This document shows, piece after piece, positions 1-9,175 of a DNA stretch of 64,000 nt. Numbering within the stretch: the stretch's first letter is position 1; every line of letters begins with the position of its first letter. The stretch lies in the NCBI GenBank assembly GCA_973895155.1, contig OZ316898.1, positions 9,225,079 through 9,289,078 on the forward strand, read 5' to 3'. The notes beneath the pieces were generated by a model. The model saw only the letters and a list, made by a program, of their open reading frames with translations, ran no database searches and was not told the DNA's origin. Made by a program: the position numbers and the translations under genes. Origin of the DNA: Marsupella aquatica. Taxonomy: Eukaryota; Plantae; Marchantiophyta.

Positions 1-1
1 C

Positions 2-133
2 CAATCCAGTGCTAATCCCACCAAAAAGATCCAACAAACAAATACCCTCCGGTGGATACTGCCAAGCAATAGGAGTGGTATCCAATGGTGAAAGAGTCAC
101 AGGTCCATCTGCAAGAGGCTGCTCTGCTCCTGA
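2..133 (-). pseudogene. Start of a putative C5 cytosine DNA methyltransferase (DNMT3-like) domain within the pol frame
   Basis: In-frame continuation after TAG 134-136: SGAEQPLADGPVTLSPLDTTPIAWQYPPEGICLLDLFGGISTGL. The last 14 residues align with DNMT3 motif I (IRVLSLFDGIATGL). Only motif I is visible. Confidence 0.65.
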
Positions 134-860
134 CTATGGTGTAAAAGCATGACGCCATGCATCATGTACCAATTGTGCTGCTGTTTGTGGCAAGGCCTGT
201 GCAGTGCCCCACACTGGTGGCACAACACTACCAACAGGTAATCCTCGCATGATGTGCTCCTTATGAGACTCCTCCAATGGTGGAACATCTGCTGCATGCG
301 CATTACCCTCAATCAAATCATCAGGTCCAGCAATTAGACCATTGAATGCTGCCAAAGACAATGGTGTGGATTTAGGGCCTCCCACAGGTCCACTAAATCT
401 CACTGGCAATTTTCTCAATCGAGCATCTCCTGATTGCCAATCAGGTCTATATGACACTGATTCCTCCCAAAAATCAAGAATAAATCCCATGGGGTAGAGC
501 ATTGTACATCCCACCAACACATCATATGACTCTGCCTTAGTCAGAATAGCTCGCGCCTGTATCTGTGAGCTATCTATGGTATGACCTTCTTGAATCCTCA
601 AATCAAGAGGTCTCCTGGTAATGTGCTGTGTAGGTGTAGGTTCCCCCAATGAAGTCTGAATGGGAAAGGGACAATCCTCTAGACGCAATCCCAATCCACG
701 TATGGCAGACTTTCCCAACATCAAGGGTTAAGCACCAGTATCCAGTAACACCCTCTCTGGCTGGTATACTGCTCCAGAAGGCCCAACTAATCGGAAGATA
801 CCACTCCGATTATCCAATGATACAACACTAGGTTTAAACCTAGTCCTCTCAAATGTAGAG
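134..860 (-). pseudogene. Retroviral-type aspartic protease domain plus linker of the retrotransposon
   Basis: Manual translation upstream of the listed ORF gives YQPERVLLDTGA*PLMLGK (TAA at 728-730). YDVLVG further on matches the C-terminal 'D(V/I)ILG' motif of retropepsins. Confidence 0.8.
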
Positions 861-3220
861 CGTGCTGGTAAATCCACCAATCTCGCTGCTGCTGCATGTC
901 TCACTAGTAGCAGTAGGTGGCATGGTCTTCACTGCATCAACACTGCAAGTTGCTTCTGCATGGGAAACAACTACTAGAGTGTCCTCACAGAGTGTAGCTG
1001 CCAATTTGAACACTTTTGCAGGACCAACTCCCAAGTTTAGCATGTCTGTCACTGAAAATAATGGGGCGCATACCATGGCAGTAGCCGCCCTCAACAAGGT
1101 ACCCGTCATCCCTGCTGCATCACTACCTGATTCTACCAACTTACCCACATCAGGGTTTGTCCGAACCGGGTTCATAGAGGCAGTCTGAACTGTCTCTGAC
1201 AATATAAAAGACTGAGGAAGCTTTGTCTACCAACGTGCATCCCCCCTTTGTGGATCTAACTCCACTACTGCTCCTCGGGGCTCAAGAGCTTTGGCTGCCC
1301 CACGTGTCAAAGCTGCTGATGCATCAATATGTGCAGTGCCACACATGAATCCCATGGTGGCAAGGTCTCCATCAGCTCCATAAGATGTGGAAGGACCATG
1401 GGATGTGGAAGGTCCATAGGATGTTGATGCCCCATCACCAGAAGTAGGTCTCACCTGGGAACTAGCCATGGCAGCTAGCTGTTGCTCCAATTGAGCAATC
1501 TTAGCATCCTTTGGATCTATGGTTACAGCAGGGGCAGTGTCACCTCCCTGTCTCCCTGCATGTGGCATGCCACGACCACATCCACCGCCTTTACCTCCTC
1601 CTCCTCTTCCCTGATCATGTGTACGGGATCCTCCTCTCCATAACTTAGGATGGAGTGAGAAACACCTATCCTTGGTGTGTCCAGGAGCTCCACAGTGATC
1701 ACACTGTTGCTGATCAGGCGCTGATGCTCCCCCTGATCCTCTATGATCTGGGAAATATCTCTGTGCATGATCCCCACCACAGGTCCAACATCCTGATTGC
1801 TGTCCAGCATAAGAGGGCACAGGTCTCTGGCTGGTAGACTCTCGTGCAGTAGGCTTCTCCCTTTGGCTCTTCCGTGCAGTAGGCTGTGGTGTGGATGTGG
1901 ATGCAGCCTTTGGTGCTTCCTTGGCAAATCCGGAAGTCACCACCTTCTCATTCACCATATTGAGCTCAATGCGCTCAGAAAGTGTAAAAATAATTGCTAA
2001 TGTGGGATCTGCATCCCTAAGCAGAGTGACATCTCTCACTCTGCATCGCAATTCTTTGTCCAGAATTGCATACCAAAACTGGACTGCCTGAGCCTCTATC
2101 ACTCCCTTGGTGACAGTGATCAATCTGCGCATACGAGTGTATGCCTCACATAGACTCTCTCCAGTCTTGCGCTGGAACTCCTGAAGACCCTTCAACTTAT
2201 CAGTTCTTACACCCTGATAGTTCTGCTTCAGTACCTCAAAGAATTCCACCACAGGGTTAAATGTTGGCGCAACTCCAGTTCTTGTCACAATCACACCGGC
2301 AGGAGTAGCAATGGATGCTGCTGGAGTACTGCTGGTGGATGGTGTGCCACTCTGGCTAGTGCTGCTAGAAGAAGCAGCAGCTGTGGCAATGGGTTGGGCA
2401 GCCGCACTAGTGCCATAGGTGATGGACACGTAATTAGGCGACCAATGCTGCCTCCATGCCTCAATCTCAACCAAATGAGCCTTCCAAAACTCATGGTAGT
2501 CATCCATGGGTGGCCCCTCCAAATGCTGAAATAATCCCTTCCATGCCATGAAAGGGGTAAACAATGTGGCATTACGCAATGTCTACATATCGCACCACGT
2601 ATCAAACTCCTGGATAAAGTCATCCAGATCAATCGTGCCAACTGCACCAGAGTATCGTTGTGGGCCCTTTGTAGCCCCGTACATCTCGTCCATATCCCAC
2701 AACAAAGGTGCAACCACCTGATGATGAGGAGAACTGGTCATTGAGTCCTCATCAGAATCACTGTCTGAAGCTGCACTACTGACTGCTACCAATGCCGCTA
2801 GCCGAAACTGTGCCCCACTCCGAGTGAAACCGGTCCGTCGTCCATCGGGTAATCCAACAGCACCAGAAGAATCCGTGGTGACCAACCCTAACCTAATCTA
2901 TGTGCTAACCCTAAGGGCAATCTATCCTTGTCAGCACCACAAGCACTCATCATGGTGTGTTGGGCATCATTCCAACATCACCAAGAGAGAAATACACAGC
3001 ACACTAGAATGTCCAGTTGCAAACCCGGATCACTCCTATGGAATCAAGCGCCCACACCGAACCAACATGGCGCATAAACAGGAAACAAGTGTGGAGAGGA
3101 TCCAATCAACAAGAATAGTCAAACACTAACTCTCCACACCAAGAGTGATCACACATTGATCAAACAAATATTCATAATGTTCAATGAAAAGCCTTCATAA
3201 TAGGCTTCATGATGTCCCAA

Positions 3221-4467
3221 TGTTATAGATGAGAAACCATGCACAATTGGTTCAATCTGTGTATTTAGATGAACTTAGAACTATCAAAACCTTCTAAAGA
3301 GCCTCTGATTTGGCTCGAAACAAGGCTCTAAGCAAACCAAAAAGTGTATAAAGCTTCCTGACGCTTGAATCTAAATAACAAGTTGTGAAAACTTGTGTGT
3401 ACACAAGGTGGGATGAGAACTTGCCAATTAAGTGCTTGCGGCTGGGAATAGCCCCGAGATGGATGACCTTCTCGTGCTCGACCTCGTGCCTCCCCTCGTG
3501 CTCACGACCCGAAATAGCCCCGGGATGGGTGACCTCGACCTCGCGCCTGCTTGTGCTCGCGATGGGTGACTTCGCGCTCGCGGTTGGGAGCACTTTCGGG
3601 ATGGGTGACCTCACGCGTCGCCTTATGCGCGCACAGTTGTGTGTGTACACAAAACAGAATTCGTCGGGCTCAGAAATGGCAACATTTGTCACTCGAAAGC
3701 AACGATTTCCTTCACAAAAATGGCAACGTCGATGGCTCTCGACCTCTACAAACCTGTTGCGCACGGTTCTGGGACATTTTGCGAGCGTCCCTTGACAATA
3801 AAACACTGCGAGCACTCAAAATTCCAACAGATCTGTCCACAAAACAGCAGTGCGATACAAGCAGCAGCCTTTGGCCATCTCTTTCTAGATCCAGATCTAG
3901 ACTTTCGACTCAATCCAGATCTAGACCAGATCTAGATCCAACAACGTTCAAGCTTGGCCAGAACCAGATCGAATAGCAACAGAGTACTCAAATAATAGAA
4001 TCAACGATTCAAGAAACATGAATCCGCGTCAAACACAAATCCAATTGATTCGAGCTACCACGAACCGTCACCTTCAACGACAAACTCAGACTGAGCTACT
4101 ATCCGCACAACAGAGTTTGAAGCTCATGATCTTTCAATGTAATGTCCATCCAATCGGCACAACGATCCCGATCAACAATACCCCATCGATCCCGCACCGA
4201 TCCGATCACACACGTATGTCAAGCCAACGCACCTTGCACTACTCAAGGAATCCACGTTACACAAGCGGAGCTCACAGCCACCATAGCCACTCAAGCTCCT
4301 CTCTCTCCAAGGCTCAACATTGAAAGATGACCTTTCAATGCCTCACAAGTGAGAAGTACCCTCTCACACAAACCTGACAAAACTTTATCAGCTCATATAG
4401 CACACATACCAAACATACGAATCTAGATAGTACGATACACTCTAACACTACCTAGAATGGTGTGACA
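3221..4467 (-). mobile_element. Candidate 5' LTR of the left-edge retrotransposon (boundaries uncertain)
   Basis: Lies upstream of gag. The minus strand would read TGTCACACC...ATAACA (TG..CA ends; alternative outer end at 4549, TGTAAC). Contains internal tandem repeats (GATGGGTGACCTC-type) and TCTAGA/AGATCT palindromes. No convincing PBS was found and no second LTR is in the window. Confidence 0.35.
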
Positions 4468-5157
4468 TCTGGCTCCAAAAGTACCACATGCACATCCTTT
4501 TTCAGCCTTTAGAACCTTCTTTTCCACGACTAAACATAGTATTGTTACAAAACCCTATGTTTTGTATGCACCACTCATCGATATTTTTGTGAAAAGGTGG
4601 CTGAGAAATTTATCAGAAGAAATGTTGCACAAAATGTTTTTGGGACTAAAATTTCTTTGCAAACGTTTTTGGAAATTTGCTGAAAGGCAACACTGATAGC
4701 TGGAAATTCGTCAGAGGATAAGAATGGATTGCAGTGGTGTAGCCAACATGGAAACTGAACACATAAGTCTTCAGTAATATTTATTGACAGAGAAAAGGGA
4801 ATAAAGTGTTGGGAGCTGCAAATGTATATATTTCCCCCATTTTCTTGAACCTGTATGCGAGGGTAAGATAGTTGGGAATATTTGCAAATAAATGCCACAG
4901 GACGTAGCCAGGAGGGGTAGGGAGTATGGGATGAAGAGAGGGGGCATGGGATGACTTACAAAAGAGGCCAAACAGAGATAAGTTTGTTCAGTCTTTTGTA
5001 ACCAAAAACTCACATACCTGGTGGCTAGCAAACAAAGCAGGCTTTTCCTAAAGACACTAAAATTGACACCAATTTTACACCAATTTTACAAATAGGGTTA
5101 TTCATATAATTGTTTCCAGAAGTCCTTCCCTTCTCTGCAACATGCTTTCTTCTAGAC

Positions 5158-5330
5158 GTTCGAGAATTGAGATCAAACAAAAAAAAAAACTTCTTTAAAT
5201 AATGGAGACCAGATGACTTTATGAACAACAGAGTTTGAAAATTCCGTTCGAGATTTGAGATCAAACAAAAAAATAACTTCTTTAAATAATGGAGACCAGA
5301 TGACTTTATGAACAACAGAGTTTGAAAATT
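5158..5330. repeat. Tandem duplication, two copies of about 87 bp
   Basis: GTTCGAGA.TTGAGATCAAAC...CTTCTTTAAATAATGGAGACCAGATGACTTTATGAACAACAGAGTTTGAAAATTC occurs twice. Confidence 0.9.
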
Positions 5331-7413
5331 CTGGATGAGCATTCTTAGGAACTCATTTATTGATGCCTAGTAGGAACCCCCCATTCAGTGTGGCTCGTTA
5401 TTGTCCATTGCCCATCACGCCTAGCAAGTGACAGTGAGGATATATATTTTCACATTTTCAGTCTACCCATGGTTCACTGATCCATACAAGTGCAGAGATT
5501 GCTGGCCATTAGTTGTCCCATGAATTGCCTAACAGTAGCAATGTCCATTGCAGCAAGTGAGGTTCTCATTCAAGCTTTACTAGTCAACCAAGTTTGGCGC
5601 AACCCTCATTCCAAAGAAGGGTTCACCAAAAGCCATTTGCACACCTCATTCCATAGAAGGGTTCACCGAAAGCCATTTGCACACAAAGTACCTGACATTA
5701 AAAAACTATGCAGGCCACTCTCTTATCACCTTAATGGAACATAGCGGCACAAAATCCAAGAGTGGGACCCCGTGAGGCCGTGAGTTCACAGAACCTGTCA
5801 ACCAGAATGTTTGAAAGAGAGAAGGAGAGCCTCAAAAGTACTCTTTCAAGCTGGCTCCCATGCTGACCTGCATGGCCTACAGAATTTCCCCAAACCGGCC
5901 TGGCTTCCTTGCATTAGTTTTCCTTCCTTTATTAATGGGTCTTCCCACTTTGTCCTGGTGTTTATATCCGTTATACACATTATTTTCCCCCTTTTTGGAA
6001 ATACGAGGGTTGTCTTTTAGTAGACAACAGCTGTTCACAATGAGTGATGTCACCAGCGTTTTTGTCTAGTGTCCCAGAGAAGTGACTGATGGAGGTCCCT
6101 TTTGCGTTTTGCCCTTTTTGTTTGATCTCTGCAGCGTACAGCTTTGGTAGGTCCGTCTTGCGGTAGGGCCCGAGGCAGCAGGAAGGGAAGCTGCTTCGGC
6201 ACATTCCCCGGCTTGGCAGCAGCCTCCACTTTACCTGTCAGCCTCAAATTAAAGCGCAGCTCACGGTTCCATCTTACAGTGTCACGTGAGCAACTGATGA
6301 ACTGTCCCCAAATAGTGGTTGGACGGAGCAGTTTTAAGGGGTGTCATCCTTGCGTTTGCTGTTTGCTATGAGCATTCCATCCACGAGGAATGTACAGCGT
6401 CTGGTCATTGCTTTGTGGGGCTTCTCAAAGCTTTATAGCTAAGGCTGACTGCTTTTGGCCATAAAGAAAGGGCTGTGATATTTTTCACAAACTTGTGTAA
6501 GGGTTTTCAAAGATTCTTTTCACTAGCCTTTACACTTAGGGTCATGGCATATGATCTTTTTTTACTGAAAAAGGTTATGGTCCTTAAGCTTTATCGTCCA
6601 TAACCTTAATCTTGTAGTTACGGTACATCAACTTTAGCCCCCCTGATTATCCCTGAGATTGGTTAGCTTGACTGAGGGAATGAAGCCCATTACCCCTAAA
6701 CAGGGGATGAGTTCCCTACGTGGATCATTGTTCAACATTTCATATTAATTTTGCATATTTTTGCAGGTGAAACAGTAAAAATTGTTGTTGTGACCTCGTG
6801 AACGGTGGTACCAAAAGTACAATACCCTGGCCCAGGTGTTATAGCCACAATCCTTCCATCAGATACACTATTAAAAATTGGACTAAAAGGGGTACTAAAG
6901 GGAATGTTGATGTGGAGTGTTGACTTTGTCTAGAATGCTAGATCACCACCAGAGGTGCTTTAAATATTTCCAAACCTGAGCTCCTTTATTTACTTTTATT
7001 AAATTTCATTTCAAAAGATTTTTGGTCTGGAGTCTAACTTCAGCACAATAAGTGGCTCTCGGGTTTGCCTTGGTGAAAGAAATCACAAAATATCCCTGAC
7101 TGTTGTCATGTAAAGCCACAATTAGAGTACTCCAGTGGCCCACTATTGGACCTGAGCAGGAGCGAGATACTGGTCAAGCCCAGTTTTTCAACACCCATCC
7201 TGCCCTCACAAGCCAGCAGGACATAGACGACAATTGAGATAGGCACTCTCACTTATAATTTCATCAAATGTCAATGCACATGATGCATTTGTTGCTGGCA
7301 GGTTTCAGTGACTGAAAGGTGGGACAAATAGGGAAGCTCATCTAAATTTTCACCGAGCTGCGCCGCACTGGCTGGCTATACTCCCTAACAGAAAGGCTCT
7401 TTGGTGGCCACCC

Positions 7414-8145
7414 GTGCGAGTGCTCTTACAGTGTCAGGTGGGCTCCTCCTTTTTCCAAGAGCAACCTAGGAGGCTTCTTACCCACCACCACCACCACCGC
7501 AACTGTTTCCCCAGGCCCTTGCTTGGATGTAGCCAAGATATACGATGTGGTCTATTGTTGTCTATCTTGCTCCTGCCCCTAAATCAGCAGCCATTCATGG
7601 TACCATGGTTTCCGGCCTCACCTTAAACCAGCATATTTTCTAAGTGCAAAATTTAGCCAAATTCTACCTCCCCATAAAATGTTCGCCACTTTTGGCTAAT
7701 ATTTGCTAGATTTTTTTAGCACCAATAGCCACTCTTCCATCAAATCATGGACCCCCATTAGCCAGAATCTAACGGTCCTCCTTAAATCTAGGGATATCTG
7801 ATGGTCATGATTCAATTCAGTAAAATCTGATAGAGAATGTTCCTAAAATCTATTCCCTAAGAGTAGCAAACATTCGCCAGTGGCTAAAAATAAAAACCTT
7901 AAAAAATACGCTGCCTTAAACTCCCGAATAGCCACTGGGAATGCTCTTACACTGTAATAGGTGCTCCTCCACTTTTCCTAGAGCAACCTGGGAGTTTTTA
8001 ATTTACACACCACCACCACCACTGCGACCGTCCCCCCAGGCGCTTGCTTGGACGGAGCCAAGCCAAAACACATGACGTGGTCAATCGCTGTGTCCGTCTT
8101 GCTCCCTCTGCCCCTCAATCAGCAGCCATTGATGGTTCCACGGCA
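7414..8145 (+). repeat. Diverged direct duplication of about 200 bp (7414-7610 and 7940-8145) flanking a MITE, upstream of the epsin gene
   Basis: Shared blocks TGCTCTTACA, AGAGCAACCT, CACCACCACCAC, CTTGCTTGGA and AATCAGCAGCCATT occur in the same order in both copies. Confidence 0.85.
7629..7913. mobile_element. Non-autonomous hAT-type MITE (285 bp)
   Basis: TIRs CAGCATATTTTCTAAG and CTTAAAAAATACGCTG (14/16 match), flanked by a perfect 8-bp TSD CCTTAAAC (7621-7628 and 7914-7921). An 8-bp TSD with CAG termini is typical of hAT. Confidence 0.85.
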
Positions 8146-8312
8146 GCATCCCAACCCTGGCGGGCGGGCGGGCGGACGGGCGGGCGGACGGGCGGGCGGA
8201 CATGCAGGTGACGGTGGGTGGGGCGAGGCCAGCCCCGGTCTTCCCGCACCCGACACCATGCTCCCTGTCTCTTTTCCTCTCCTCTCTTTTCTTTTCTTTC
8301 CTTTCGTCTCCT

Positions 8313-8349
8313 TTATTTTATTTTATTTTATTTTATTTTATTTTATTTT
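8313..8349. repeat. (TTTTA)n microsatellite; nearby GGGC-rich run (8160-8200) and (TGAT)n (8678-8706)
   Basis: Read directly from the sequence. Confidence 0.9.
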
Positions 8350-8676
8350 CTTTCCTTGCCTTTTCTTTTCTCTTTGCTTTCCATTCCTCGGATCGTTCTC
8401 CCCGAGTAAACCCGGACCTCCGTCGGCTGACTCCATCGCCAGAACTCGAGGTCCTTCCATTGTTGGATCGTTCTCCCCGACCTTCGCTGCTCGCCTCTGA
8501 GACTACGCTCGTGTCGCAGAGTAGTGTTGTGGTGTGTTACCCCGTGTAAAGAGGAGGAGGAGAAGGAGGAAGAGAAGGAGGAAGTCTACATTATTGTCGG
8601 GGAGGACCGAGTCCGGAGTCCAGATAGACTCCAGAGAGGCACGGAACCGAGGTGTCATGTTGTGTGGGCAGCAGAT

Positions 8677-8707
<31 letters not shown>

Positions 8708-9175
8708 GCGCCATTCGTCGAGTTGGTTTGATCGGGATCGGTGTGTTTTCTGCTGACCCCCATACCGTGCTTGGCTGTCTTGCATGAGCAAGCAGCCTTG
8801 GCTGCTGTGGAGGAGCGGAGGAGCGGAGGAGCGAGGACGAAGAGAGCGAGGAGGCATGACGGTCGTGTGAGACTTTTGCTGTGCTTGATCGATCGATTCG
8901 CGTCTGCGATTAATGCGACGACAGTGGAGGATTGGACCGGACGAGGAGGGGGGCAGTTGAGAGGGGAGATTTGGGCACGGCTCGGGTGGGTGGTGGTTTG
9001 ACCGGGTATCGTCGTTGATCCCAAGGACCTGCATTCGAGCTGCATTGGGAACATCGGCTAGGGTGAAGGACGGTCGATCCCGATCTCGCATGCTGCATTA
9101 GGCGGAGTCCCGATTCGGGTGCTCTTGGAGTTGAAGTTCCCGTGAGTGCTCCAGCACGGACGACGTGTTGCAGCC

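Larger units (their letters stand above)
1..2885 (-). mobile_element. Decayed LTR retrotransposon (probably Ty3/Gypsy) gag-protease-pol region, truncated by the left window edge
   Basis: ORFs 2583-2885, 1227-2579 and 849-1202 share one frame, separated by single stops. A frameshift near 850-900 leads to a second frame running to the window edge. Gag-like segments (DLDDFIQEFDTW; FQRKTGESLCEAYTRMRRL), zinc knuckle CDHCGAPGHTKDRC (CX2CX4HX4C) plus a degenerate one (CWTCGGDH), and retropepsin active site VLLDTGA (DTG at 734-742). RT, RNase H and integrase are not in the window, so the superfamily is an inference. Confidence 0.85.

Noticed and set aside
1227-1229. TAG between gag and the downstream frame as programmed readthrough
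   Set aside because: Three other similar stops and a frameshift occur in the same element, so mutational decay is the simpler explanation.
2925-3245. tRNA primer-binding site for the LTR element
   Set aside because: Candidates (TGGGACATC..., TGGTGCTGAC...) do not clearly match a tRNA 3' end I can recognise.
3294-3976. Four overlapping ORFs of 98-173 aa on both strands
   Set aside because: They arise from GC-rich tandem repeats in the putative LTR/leader and have no recognisable domain.
8048-9098. ORFs of 115-183 aa upstream of epsin
   Set aside because: Built from microsatellites and GC-rich promoter/5'UTR sequence.
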